Virus record (IMG/VR): IMGVR_UViG_3300014494_000005
Span: 124,001-188,000 of that record
Strand: one strand, 5' to 3'
Length of the DNA stretch: 64,000 nt
Below, piece by piece: positions 39,206-49,889 of the stretch. Under the pieces are notes generated by a model. That model was not told the DNA's origin, did not search any database, and was given only the letters and a program-made list of their open reading frames with translations. The position numbers and the translations under genes are program-made. Position 1 is the stretch's first letter, and each line of letters starts with the position of its first letter.

Positions 39206-40300
39206 TTATTTAAATCCAATATTATTTTTATTTTCAACATAATTTTCATCTTTTTCATAAAAGACATCTGCTAATGATACTTCACTATCATATATTTTAT
39301 TAATATTTAATTCTATAGCTAATTTATTTGCATTTTCAATTGTAAGTGCTTTAAAATTATGTTTAAATAATGTTCTTCCCTTTCTTAAAAGCGCATTATC
39401 TATATTATCTGCAACATTATATGTTAAAATTATTTTTAAATTTAATGCTTCCCCTAATAAACCATCGCCTAAATTTAATAGTGTAGATATATTATTTGTA
39501 TTAATTTTTCTTGATTTAATTAAATTTTCACAATCCTCTAAAATAATAACGCTATTTTTTAAATTATTTAAAATAAATGATTGTAATGATGGGTCATTAA
39601 ATCCTTCAATGTTTTGAATTGAAAGATTATAAAACTTTTTATTAATAATAGATAATAAATATTTTATTAATGTTGTTTTTCCCGAACCCGGAATTCCAGA
39701 AAATAATAAAATACCGCATTTATCATTATTAATAATATCAACTATTTTATTAATATCTAAATCATTATAATAATATTTTTTTATTTCTGGCGCATGAACT
39801 TCATAATCTTGTAATGAAAAATTATTATTCTGATGGGATATTTGATAAAATTTTGGTTTTTTTATATCTTCACAAATTCTATAATTAGATATGAATTTTT
39901 CAATAAATTTATTATGTTCAATATTATTAAGTAAAAATATTAAATAAACACTAAATGTTTTATTATTAGAATTTTTAAAAATTTGAATGAATAAATCTTT
40001 ATTTAAATTTGTAAAAATGCTGTCATTAAAAAATGGTATAACCTCATATCTTTGAATATTATTTCCTATTTCCAATAGATGATATTCATCCCTTTTAAAA
40101 TCAGATGAATTAGATTGAAACATAATTAAATTATTTTTATATAAAAAATTAATTAATTCATCATATTTACAATAATTTCCATTTAAAGAAATAATTTTAT
40201 ACTCTATTGAGTTATTATAATAAATAAATAATTTTTTTATAAATATATCAGAATTACTAACAATATCTAATATATTTGAAGAATTCATAATTTTATTCAT
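39206..40300 (-). CDS. AAA+ ATPase
   Basis: Walker A GIPGSGKT, Walker B IILEDCE, LLNLGDGLLG, IDNALLRKGR. Confidence 0.88.
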   Translation of the reverse strand: MNKIMNSSNILDIVSNSDIFIKKLFIYYNNSIEYKIISLNGNYCKYDELINFLYKNNLIMFQSNSSDFKRDEYHLLEIGNNIQRYEVIPFFNDSIFTNLNKDLFIQIFKNSNNKTFSVYLIFLLNNIEHNKFIEKFISNYRICEDIKKPKFYQISHQNNNFSLQDYEVHAPEIKKYYYNDLDINKIVDIINNDKCGILLFSGIPGSGKTTLIKYLLSIINKKFYNLSIQNIEGFNDPSLQSFILNNLKNSVIILEDCENLIKSRKINTNNISTLLNLGDGLLGEALNLKIILTYNVADNIDNALLRKGRTLFKHNFKALTIENANKLAIELNINKIYDSEVSLADVFYEKDENYVENKNNIGFK

Positions 40301-40683
40301 AATTTTATGTTTTAAATTAACTACAAATATATAAAATTATATTTAAATAATAAATGTTATTATAATATAAGTTTAAATTTTATATTACCACAATTATAGA
40401 TTCTTAAATATTTTCTTTCTAAATTTTATATTTAATTTTTTACTAAAAGTCTTGTTTTAATTAACCAAATATTTTTTGAAAATATGTATACTAAATGTAA
40501 TCCAATATCTGAATAATCATCAATTAAAAATTATGACGGAGAATATTATGTGTTGAAAGAAAATAAAAGCAGTTATATTTTTATTAAATCTTTTTAAATA
40601 AAAATAAAAAATGTTTGTTAAATTGATTTAATTTTGTATATTTGCTCACATAGAAAAAATTTTTTAATCTAAATTAGAATCAT

Positions 40684-41019
40684 ATGAAAGATAATCAAAC
40701 ACATGAATTAAAATTTTTAAATAAAAATAAAAATAATTTTGAAAAATTAAATCAATTTATTAATATTAATCGAAATAATATTCGTTTAATATTAGCATCT
40801 CCCGAAATGTGTGAATATTTAAAATCATCAAATGATTGTGAAAACATTATTCATAAAGGTTATCCAGAATTTACTCATATAAAATATAAAGGAATTTTTG
40901 TTATTGAAATCCCATTAAAATTTCCAATAAATGTAATTAATTTTATATTAAAAAATAATGATATAAAATTCAATATTCCATGTATTTGTGGAATATATAA
41001 AGATGAGAAACATTCATAA
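40684..41019 (+). CDS. Hypothetical protein
   Basis: 111 aa; TTTG-N19-TATATTTG promoter at 40614-40644. Confidence 0.55.
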   Translation: MKDNQTHELKFLNKNKNNFEKLNQFININRNNIRLILASPEMCEYLKSSNDCENIIHKGYPEFTHIKYKGIFVIEIPLKFPINVINFILKNNDIKFNIPCICGIYKDEKHS

Positions 41020-41049
41020 TTATCATGCAAAAGACCTATAATAATTTAT

Positions 41050-41361
41050 TTAATTATTTTTATATGCAGTTAATATTGCCTCATAATCTGCAATTGCTTT
41101 ATTAAGTGGAAATGGAATTCTAATTAAAACACCTTCAGGAATATCAAATTCATTGGCATATATATTATTTCCGTAAAGTATTATAAAATCATAAAAAGGA
41201 TTTCCATAATATTTTTGAGATATTTTATCCAATCTACTTGAAGGAGTCCAATATTCATATTTATCACTAGAATTAACAGGCAAATTTACAAATGGCATAG
41301 AATCTATTGTACCATCTGAATTTTTTAAAATTGAATATCTATCATAGTCTTTGTATGGCAT
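41050..41361 (-). CDS. LysM/tail-X-like baseplate protein
   Basis: RLDKISQKYYGNP..IILYGN..IPEGVLIRIP. Confidence 0.75.
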   Translation of the reverse strand: MPYKDYDRYSILKNSDGTIDSMPFVNLPVNSSDKYEYWTPSSRLDKISQKYYGNPFYDFIILYGNNIYANEFDIPEGVLIRIPFPLNKAIADYEAILTAYKNN

Positions 41362-44300
41362 TATTTTCCTTGTGTATTTTGTGTTTGTAATGTTTTATTT
41401 ACTGCATCTGAACTATTTGCTGTTGGAACATCATTTGATATACCATTTTTATAACTCATTTGCGCTGCTGAAACTTTTGAAGGACGTGCATACATGCCAT
41501 TTTTACTAAATGTTGAATTTGCATATTGATTAAATGATACTGCATTTTGTAATGCATCGATAGGTCCTTCTAATGATTGACCGCCAATTAACTTCATTTG
41601 TAATGTGATTTTAGCCATCATAGGTTGCATACCAAATCCTTCCGGATTCATATCCCAAGTAGTTTCATTATAATCAAAAGTAACATTTTCAATAATAACT
41701 TTTGTATAGAAAAAATCACCTACTCTTAATATACAAATCGGTTGTCTACCAAAAACAGAATTTCTGGCTCTTAATGTACCTGCAGCATCAATTTCAGGAA
41801 TAAATTGTTTCGCAGAACCTTGTCTTGTACATTGCTGTAAAAAAGTTAAACGTCTATGAAAATTTTCTGGCGTTTGTGTATGAAATGCTGGATAATAATT
41901 ATTTTTAATTATTGATTCAAAACCATTCAATATTGCCTTTTCTCTTGTTGCAAAAATATTATCATTTGGAATAATTTGATTATTATATTGTTTAATTAAA
42001 TATTCAGTCGCTGCTATTTCATTTTTTATTTTTTGGACATCTTGTTGTTGATTTGTATTTTGTATTTGTTTTTTTGATTCAATATTTTTATTATTTTTTT
42101 TAATATTAATTGATGCACGTCTTTCTTCTTTCACAGTTTTTAAAGTTATACCATTTACTGTTGCACCTTCAGCACTACCGTCAGCACTACCACTACTTAA
42201 ATTTGACACAATATTGATTCCTAATTCATTTAAACTTACTTTAAAAATCGCTTTTAAACGTTCCTCAACTAAATGTTTTGCTGCTGCAATTCTTCTATCG
42301 CCAAGTGCTTTATTATAAGCAGCTTCATCTTTACCTTGATATAATTTAGATGAACCACCATCAATTATAATATCATAATATTTTCTATTTTCAGGATTAC
42401 TATATACATCAGATAATATTTTATTTAATGAATTATTTTTATTAGATATATTATATTGTGGAATCGAACTACCAGTAAGAACAAATGTTCTATTTTCTGT
42501 ATCAGCACTAAGTCCAACAACTTCATAAATACCACCATTTTTACTATCATTTAATCCAAAACCATTACCATCTTTTTCTGAAATACAACCTTCTCTAATT
42601 TCATAATGAAGTGGATTATTATACATATCTTCAATAACAGTATTAACTTGTGCATCAGTTGGAATATCATTAGGAAAAAATATTTTTATCTCTGGTGCTG
42701 ATATTGGTGCAACATCGGCTTGTTTTGTCGGACCTGTTATTTGAGTAATTTTATCTTGAAGTTGTTTTAATGATAATTCTAAATCTTCAACTGTTTTTTG
42801 AGGTACTAATTCATTACCGCCAAATGCAAAAAAATCAGCAATATTTTTATTTTGATTTTCACCTTGATAATTTCTAAGTTGTTCTGGATAATCAATAAGT
42901 AATGTAAAACTAAGTGTTGCAGTTCTTTCTGAATTCATATAATTATACATTGGTTCATTTCTACCAACCATTACTGTTGATTCATATTTAGCACTTGCTG
43001 TTTCATTAAGTTGTATATCATATGGTGGAAACCACATAATTCGTCCTTTAAACGGTCCAACTTCACTTAATGGTATTATAGAATGCCATTCATCATCAAT
43101 AATACCATAACTATCATTTGGAATTGCAACTATTGCAAGATTTTCAATACTAAACATCATATTTTTAGGATTAAGAAATGGATTACCATTATCATTAGTT
43201 TCCCATTCTGGATGAATTTTTGGAATTACAGTTTTATAAATAACTGAATTTTGATTACCACCATAAACAATATTTCCTTTATATCTTATTGTTTTTGCAA
43301 ATCTATCATACTGGTCTACCATTGTATGTTGACGTATACCTGTTTTCCCAGCTATTTTACTTTCACTTGCATAATTACTATTATTTGCTTGCCATAATGG
43401 AGAACCATTAAAACCAATAATTTCATTATTACTTTCTTTAAATACTTTTCTTGTAATATCAACAAAATATCCAGAACTTGCATTTAATAAATTTTTTGTA
43501 TATTCTAATAATCCACCATTTATTCGATAATCAATAATATTTGATGTTGAATTTAAATTATTTGTTTCATCATCAGCATTACCATGTTGTTGAGCTAAAT
43601 AGCTTTTACTGTCATCATTAATACCATCTCTACCCCAAACTAATTTATCTCCAATATCATCAGTAGTTATATCTGATTTATTATCAACAAAATTATTAAT
43701 ATCTTCTTTAAGTGTAGATTTATTTGCTGTACCAAAATTTTTATAAATAAAATCATAATTTGGAGCATATTCTTGAATAGTATTTCCTAATGTTATATAT
43801 GAATATGCGGTTTTTTCATCATTATTAGCATAATCAATAGAACTTTGAATAAAAACATTACTTGGTTTTTTTAAATAAGGATATGCATTTTTATTATTAA
43901 AATTAAAAAATATTCGATTATTAATAATGTTATTTACTGGTTGAATTGGTTGTTTAATATCAACTCCATTTTGAAGAATTGTTGAACTACTATCATCAGG
44001 TCCGATTTGTTTATAAACATTTAAATTTATTCCTTGATAAAAATACGTTAATTGACCTTTACCAGTATTTTTTATATAATCAGCATTTGTTGAACCAATT
44101 GAACCTGTAGTATGTAAACTTGGTTTAAAAGGATAGTTATTACCAACAGCATCAGTATTAAAAAATATCTTACCAATAAATCCACCCGCTTTATCTAAAA
44201 GACTTTTATCATCTTGATTATTTATTGTAATTGTATTATTAATATTTTTTTCAAAAGGACTTTTTCCTTTTAATACATTTGAAAGATTAACTGTTGGAAG

Positions 44301-44612
44301 GTTTTGTTGTGCAAGATGTGATGCTGAATTATAAAACATTTGTTGACCCAACATTCTTGTACCAATTTCAGTTAATGGTGTATTTGAAAATCCTCTTAAT
44401 AATAAACTATTTTCAATATTAAAATGTTGATATTGTGGTATTACACTTAAAATACTGGCAATAGAATCTGCAACCTTACTTTTATTTCTAAGTGAAAGTT
44501 TATCTGTTGATTCATATTCATTATCAAGATTATATAAATTACGTGGTATTAATTGATTTCTAAATTGTTCACCACTTACAAGTAACCTTGAATTTCCATT
44601 AATATCAGCCAT
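41361..44612 (-). CDS. Baseplate hub / tail-tube initiator-like protein with OmpA-like insertion
   Basis: WFPPY..E..A.Y....VGRNEP.Y.Y.NSER...L.F.L; PICILRVGDF..IENV.FDY..WD..G.QPM; lies between tape measure and LysM genes. Confidence 0.6.
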   Translation of the reverse strand: MADINGNSRLLVSGEQFRNQLIPRNLYNLDNEYESTDKLSLRNKSKVADSIASILSVIPQYQHFNIENSLLLRGFSNTPLTEIGTRMLGQQMFYNSASHLAQQNLPTVNLSNVLKGKSPFEKNINNTITINNQDDKSLLDKAGGFIGKIFFNTDAVGNNYPFKPSLHTTGSIGSTNADYIKNTGKGQLTYFYQGINLNVYKQIGPDDSSSTILQNGVDIKQPIQPVNNIINNRIFFNFNNKNAYPYLKKPSNVFIQSSIDYANNDEKTAYSYITLGNTIQEYAPNYDFIYKNFGTANKSTLKEDINNFVDNKSDITTDDIGDKLVWGRDGINDDSKSYLAQQHGNADDETNNLNSTSNIIDYRINGGLLEYTKNLLNASSGYFVDITRKVFKESNNEIIGFNGSPLWQANNSNYASESKIAGKTGIRQHTMVDQYDRFAKTIRYKGNIVYGGNQNSVIYKTVIPKIHPEWETNDNGNPFLNPKNMMFSIENLAIVAIPNDSYGIIDDEWHSIIPLSEVGPFKGRIMWFPPYDIQLNETASAKYESTVMVGRNEPMYNYMNSERTATLSFTLLIDYPEQLRNYQGENQNKNIADFFAFGGNELVPQKTVEDLELSLKQLQDKITQITGPTKQADVAPISAPEIKIFFPNDIPTDAQVNTVIEDMYNNPLHYEIREGCISEKDGNGFGLNDSKNGGIYEVVGLSADTENRTFVLTGSSIPQYNISNKNNSLNKILSDVYSNPENRKYYDIIIDGGSSKLYQGKDEAAYNKALGDRRIAAAKHLVEERLKAIFKVSLNELGINIVSNLSSGSADGSAEGATVNGITLKTVKEERRASINIKKNNKNIESKKQIQNTNQQQDVQKIKNEIAATEYLIKQYNNQIIPNDNIFATREKAILNGFESIIKNNYYPAFHTQTPENFHRRLTFLQQCTRQGSAKQFIPEIDAAGTLRARNSVFGRQPICILRVGDFFYTKVIIENVTFDYNETTWDMNPEGFGMQPMMAKITLQMKLIGGQSLEGPIDALQNAVSFNQYANSTFSKNGMYARPSKVSAAQMSYKNGISNDVPTANSSDAVNKTLQTQNTQGK

Positions 44613-45014
44613 TAATATTATTTTTAAATAAATACTTGTAGAATAAATTTATAATATCTATTTTTACATTGGTGAAAACTATCCCAATCTATAAAAGATT
44701 AATTACTTATTTTTTTAAAATAAAATTGAGGGTGAAATATTTTTTATTTATAAATAAAATTAATAATTATGAAACTAATTTCAATTATGAAAATAATTGA
44801 ACATAGTTATCCTATGTTGTTAAATTTTTATTAGATTTGAAAAAATTAATAATAAATATTATAATTTTGTTCTTTTATTTAAAAGAAAGAGTTTTTGAGT
44901 GATTAATTAATTTAACTAAAATAGTTTCGTAGAAGTTTAATGAAAAAACTTGTCAAAGTTATAATATTTTATTTTAATAATCAAGACTTTTTATAAATTA
45001 TATGAAAATAAATA

Positions 45015-47522
45015 TTATTTTCCTGCTTTACCTGTTTTTAATGCTTGTTGTTTATCAATTGCTATTACTGTATTATAAACTTTATGCATAAATTTATCAC
45101 CATCAAGATTTAATGTAACATCATTTTGTAATGTAACTTGACCACCATTAGCAAATTCAACTTTTAATGGAGATTTTAATAGTGTTGCTAAATCAGCTAA
45201 CATACCACCACCTTTAGTATTCATTTTTGATATACTTTCAACTGCATTTTGAACTGCAATAAAATCATCTTTACTACCATGCATTACAGCATTTATTTGT
45301 TTAAATGATTCTCCTACTTTTACAAGAGCATCAGCATGTTTTGCTATAGTATGCATAGTTGCAGCAAATGTAATAAATCCTAACGCACCAAAAGTAAATC
45401 CCATCATTGCTAATGATATAGCAGCAATACCAGCACCAACTTCTAACATAGCAGGACCTGCTCCTTTTGATGATTCAACAAGTTTTGCTAAACCCATTGC
45501 CATAAATCCAATACCAGCAGCAGCAATACCAATACCAGCACCAATACCTAATGCTGCAAGAGCTAACATACCTAATCCTTCAGTACTTATTGTAGCTGCC
45601 ATACCAATAGCAATTATTGCAGCAGCAAGTGCAGCACCACCAATTACAAACCAACCTAATGATTTAACAATATCTTTTAATATTTTTGCTTTTTCTGGTG
45701 TTAATTTACTTAAAGAATCAGCAAGTTTACTAATACCAACAGCAGCAACTCCAATACCAGCACCAACACCTAATGCTCCCATTCCAATACCAGCACCAAT
45801 ACCAGCAGCAGCACCACCGCTTATGCCTTTACCTGCACCACCTTCAACTGCTTCAGTAAGTCCACCACCTTTACCAAATTTACCAATATTAGTAATTTTA
45901 CTACCAATACCACTTTTTATAAAACTATCAATACTATTTTTAATTCCAATAGAAGCTATTTTCCATGCACCGCCAGCAGCAAGTAACATTAAACCTGCTT
46001 TCCACCAACCACTAGAACCTTTAGTAAAATCACCAATCCAGTCAGCTATATTAGCAACTGGTTTTAATATTGTATTAATACCTCTTAATATTGGTAATAA
46101 TGCTGCTTTTAATTCATTAATTGTTGCTTTAAATACTTCATCAAATGTTTGTGCTTGTTTTGCACGTTCTTCTAAACTAACTCTTTCCTTAACAAAACTT
46201 TTAGCTTGGTCTTGTGTTAAATTACTAATATCTCGCATTTGACCAGCAAGTTGAACTTGATATTTACCTGTGGTAGTGTTAAAAAATGCAGCACCTTGAA
46301 TAAGTTCTTTTTCACGGTCAGTTAAACCCATACCTTGTAATTTATCTGCCATTGTACTTATATCAAGTTGTCTTAAAGCCATTGCTTTCATTTCATCAGC
46401 ATTAATACCCAATGCTTTACCAACTTGGGTAAGTCTATCCATATCAGCAGGACTAATAAATTTTTGAAATGTACCATCAATATTTTTTCTTAAAGTAGCA
46501 ATACCTTTAGTTAAATCAGCAATTTTTGCTTGTAATTTGGCTGGGTCATTACGAGCGAAATATAAAGTTTCAAACATATCCATTTTTGCAAATTGACCAC
46601 CCATTACTTGTAATTGTGCCACCATACCAATCGCACCTTCAAGTGTTCTTCCCATATCTGCAGCATTTAATGCACCATCAATACTAATTTTAAATTTTTC
46701 AGCATATTCTGCCATTTGAGCAAAACCTTTTACTCCTTGCTGAAAAGTATATCCTTGTAATTTTTTAAAATTATCACTTATATTTTTAAGTACCTTAGTT
46801 GTATTAACACCCATTCTTTCAGAAGTATCAACAACACCTTGAACATAATCCATTGTTGATTTAGCATCAATACCCATTATTTCAAATTGAGCACCAAGTT
46901 TTGTTGCTTGTTCAATTCCAAGACCAGTACCTTTACCAATCATTGTAATATCTTTTACCATATTAGAAGATAAAACACGTGCTCTACCAGTTTCATCAGC
47001 AAAACCTTCCATTATTCCTTGAACATCTTCAAGGCTTCCACCTAATCTTGCAACAAAACCAGCAGATTGTTCAAATGAATCTCTCATCATATCTGCCTTA
47101 GTACCTGACATTCCGAGATTAAGAATAGTACTTTTAATATTTTTATCTTGTGATTGTAAAAAAGTCCAAGTTTGTTTTAAAGCAGAAGCTAATCCACTTG
47201 CTAAATCAACAATTTTTTCTCTGGCTTTTATTTCTTTTTGAAGTTGTTCATTAATTAATTGTTGTTGTTTTGATAATTTTTTTAAAGTATCGTATTCAGT
47301 ATTTTGTAATTTAATTAAATTATTTAAAACACCTTTTTGACGATTATTTAAATCATTATAATTTTGTTGTAATTGATTAATAAGAGATTGTCTTTCACTT
47401 CTTCTTTCTTGTAAATCAGCTACTTGTTTTTCAATATCTAAATTACTTTTATATGTAGTTTGCAATTCCTTAGTTAAATTAAGGAGTTCTTTCATTGCTT
47501 TTGTTCTACTATCATCAGCCAT
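45015..47522 (-). CDS. Tape measure protein
   Basis: 835 aa; coiled-coil N-terminus, Ala/Gly-rich hydrophobic C-terminal repeats; downstream of chaperone pair. Confidence 0.8.
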   Translation of the reverse strand: MADDSRTKAMKELLNLTKELQTTYKSNLDIEKQVADLQERRSERQSLINQLQQNYNDLNNRQKGVLNNLIKLQNTEYDTLKKLSKQQQLINEQLQKEIKAREKIVDLASGLASALKQTWTFLQSQDKNIKSTILNLGMSGTKADMMRDSFEQSAGFVARLGGSLEDVQGIMEGFADETGRARVLSSNMVKDITMIGKGTGLGIEQATKLGAQFEIMGIDAKSTMDYVQGVVDTSERMGVNTTKVLKNISDNFKKLQGYTFQQGVKGFAQMAEYAEKFKISIDGALNAADMGRTLEGAIGMVAQLQVMGGQFAKMDMFETLYFARNDPAKLQAKIADLTKGIATLRKNIDGTFQKFISPADMDRLTQVGKALGINADEMKAMALRQLDISTMADKLQGMGLTDREKELIQGAAFFNTTTGKYQVQLAGQMRDISNLTQDQAKSFVKERVSLEERAKQAQTFDEVFKATINELKAALLPILRGINTILKPVANIADWIGDFTKGSSGWWKAGLMLLAAGGAWKIASIGIKNSIDSFIKSGIGSKITNIGKFGKGGGLTEAVEGGAGKGISGGAAAGIGAGIGMGALGVGAGIGVAAVGISKLADSLSKLTPEKAKILKDIVKSLGWFVIGGAALAAAIIAIGMAATISTEGLGMLALAALGIGAGIGIAAAGIGFMAMGLAKLVESSKGAGPAMLEVGAGIAAISLAMMGFTFGALGFITFAATMHTIAKHADALVKVGESFKQINAVMHGSKDDFIAVQNAVESISKMNTKGGGMLADLATLLKSPLKVEFANGGQVTLQNDVTLNLDGDKFMHKVYNTVIAIDKQQALKTGKAGK

Positions 47523-47567
47523 AATAATATTTTATATTATATAATATAAATACAAAGACCAAGATTT

Positions 47568-47747
47568 TTATTTTCTTGGTCTAAAATTGTTTTTATTTCT
47601 TGCTTGTTCTTGCAATCTTTCAATTTCTTCATTTTCTTTTTGTAATAAAAATAAGAAATGTCGTCTACGATATATTGGTAGATTCTCGATATAATCTGCT
47701 TGAAACTTAGCGTGTTTGGTTAAAATGTATATCTCTTCATTAACCAT
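47568..47747 (-). CDS. Tail assembly chaperone second ORF (gpT/gp51-like), probably reached by -1 frameshift
   Basis: 59 aa MVNEEIYILTKHAKFQADYIENLPIYRRRHFL...; frame stays open back to the T9 run at 47778-47786. Confidence 0.7.
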   Translation of the reverse strand: MVNEEIYILTKHAKFQADYIENLPIYRRRHFLFLLQKENEEIERLQEQARNKNNFRPRK

Positions 47748-47764
47748 TTTTTTATACTCACCCG

Positions 47765-48688
47765 CTAAGTGTTGGGGAAAAAAAAATCAATACCAACTGC
47801 TAAATTTGCAGTAAATTTAAAGCCATCTTTAGCAATAAATTCATATGACATATCAACATCTGGACTGACATCAATTATTTTTCTACGAATAGTAAATGCA
47901 TCAAGTGCTGGCATTGCGTCCACAAATTTATCAATATATGCTCTATCTGATTTTTCATTAATTGCAACAATATGTGCTTTTAATTTTAAAGTATTATATT
48001 GACTATATTCTTCATTATATGCTTCTTTTATTGATTCTGATTTTTTAAAAAGTTTTGTTTCTTCACCAGCAGTAAGTAATTTAATAGTAGCAATTTTTTT
48101 ACGCATTGGTAATTCAATTGTAAAATAACCATATTGGTCTGGCATTTCTTTAGTTTCTTTATATCTGAGTTGAAGTAAATCAACAACTGCTTTAAAAGGA
48201 ACACCTGTTCTTGGGTCAGTTACTTGTACAGTATATTCAGGACCATAGCTTGAACTACGTAGGAATAAGATAATTGCATTACGGTCACCCGGTAATAAAT
48301 CTTCTGGATTAACACCAGCAGTTTTAATTTTTCTTTTTAATAACATATCTAAAACCATACCACTTTCAAGTAATGAAGGAGTTGTAAGTAAATCCTCATC
48401 TTTTGAAGTCATATATTCTACATTAACTTCATTAATTTGATTAGCATAAAATAAACCCTTTGAAGGTAATTTAACAATTTCATATGAAGTCATTAAATCT
48501 GGGTCGGTTTCTTTCATCATAGTTTTTTCAAATTCCTGTGGATTAAATGTTGGTGCTTTTGGTATTTCACCAATAACATTATTAGATATTGGTTGTGATG
48601 GAATTATACCTTCACCACGTTTTTCTTTATATTTTTTAAGCACTTCACCAATACTTTCTTTTGGCTGTAATTCTTCTTCTTTTCCCAT
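47765..48688 (-). CDS. Tail/baseplate hub assembly chaperone (T4 gp26-like)
   Basis: VKLPSKGLFY, YMTSKDEDLL, GDRNAIILFLR..SYG; ends GIDFFF. Confidence 0.75.
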   Translation of the reverse strand: MGKEEELQPKESIGEVLKKYKEKRGEGIIPSQPISNNVIGEIPKAPTFNPQEFEKTMMKETDPDLMTSYEIVKLPSKGLFYANQINEVNVEYMTSKDEDLLTTPSLLESGMVLDMLLKRKIKTAGVNPEDLLPGDRNAIILFLRSSSYGPEYTVQVTDPRTGVPFKAVVDLLQLRYKETKEMPDQYGYFTIELPMRKKIATIKLLTAGEETKLFKKSESIKEAYNEEYSQYNTLKLKAHIVAINEKSDRAYIDKFVDAMPALDAFTIRRKIIDVSPDVDMSYEFIAKDGFKFTANLAVGIDFFFPNT

Positions 48689-48849
48689 GTTTTTATAAAT
48701 TTTTATATTTTATTATTGTTTTCAGTAAATAAATACTACGAAAAAAATTTTCAACATAATTCAAGATTTTTAAATAAAACACGTATTAATATATAATTGA
48801 TACTATTTAGAAAATTTAGTGTTATTTAAAGTAAAGAATTAAATAAAAA

Positions 48850-49155
48850 ATGAAAAAAGAAATTGAAAATAAAATATTAGTTATATATATTGGTGTTGCA
48901 GGTATTCGTAGTGTGGATATTGAAACTTTCACACAAAAAGTTACAAAAAAAATTATACCAGCAACATTTCAAGGTGAAATAATAATAATACCAACACAAT
49001 CAGTAGATACAAGAATTGAATGTATTAATCCTATATATATAGTACAATCAGAATTAATTCAAAAACATACTGAATTAATGAAAGAATTAAATGAACATCT
49101 CAAATATCAATTAAATATATTAAAAGATAATAAAAAAAGAAAAAAAAATGAGTAA
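48850..49155 (+). CDS. Hypothetical protein
   Basis: 101 aa; first gene of the plus-strand operon. Confidence 0.65.
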   Translation: MKKEIENKILVIYIGVAGIRSVDIETFTQKVTKKIIPATFQGEIIIIPTQSVDTRIECINPIYIVQSELIQKHTELMKELNEHLKYQLNILKDNKKRKKNE

Positions 49156-49888
49156 AATAAGAATAGGTATCGTTATTGACGAAATATTAAGAGCAAAATG
49201 GCTTCAATTTGATAGATTTTATGCACAAGAATTTGGTGAAGAAGGAATTCCTGAAAAACAACCATATGTTTATGATTTTTTTAAATATTATCAGTGGAAA
49301 GATACTGAGGAAATAGTTAAAGAAATGCGTGAACCAGAAGAAACACCAGAAAATGTTAATCCAATTGATTATCAAGTAGATGAAAAAACTGGTGAAGCAC
49401 CTGCAGACTTTTTATTATTTAAAAAAGAAGAAAAAATAAAAAAAACAGCACGTGAAGTATATAATCGTTTTATGTATGAGGATTATTTATTTGAAATACA
49501 TGGTGCAGCACCAATAATGTATAAAAATATGGATTTACATGTTAATAATTTTTTATTAAAATATGCAAATTCTGCAAATTTTATAGTAATGAATGTTGAA
49601 AATAGATTTAGTATACCACCCACACTTTTTTTCTTAAGTAAAATATCATGCAGATTTACAAATTATAAATTTGTTGATAAAGCAATAGATATGTGGCGTG
49701 ATGTTGATGTACTTATTACTACTGACCCTGAAATTTTAAATGTAGGTACACCTTGGGGTAAAAAATTAATTAAATTAAAAAGACCATATAATGAAAATAT
49801 TTATACTGGTTTTTTAGAAGTATTACAAATTGCAGATTTAATTGATAACAAATATTTTGAAAAAATAATTAAATATAAAAATAAATAA
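49148..49888 (+). CDS. HAD-like / 5'(3')-nucleotidase-like protein, degenerate catalytic motif
   Basis: IGIVIDEILR, DVLIT, IKLKRPYN. Confidence 0.5.
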   Translation: MSKIRIGIVIDEILRAKWLQFDRFYAQEFGEEGIPEKQPYVYDFFKYYQWKDTEEIVKEMREPEETPENVNPIDYQVDEKTGEAPADFLLFKKEEKIKKTAREVYNRFMYEDYLFEIHGAAPIMYKNMDLHVNNFLLKYANSANFIVMNVENRFSIPPTLFFLSKISCRFTNYKFVDKAIDMWRDVDVLITTDPEILNVGTPWGKKLIKLKRPYNENIYTGFLEVLQIADLIDNKYFEKIIKYKNK

Positions 49889-49889
49889 A

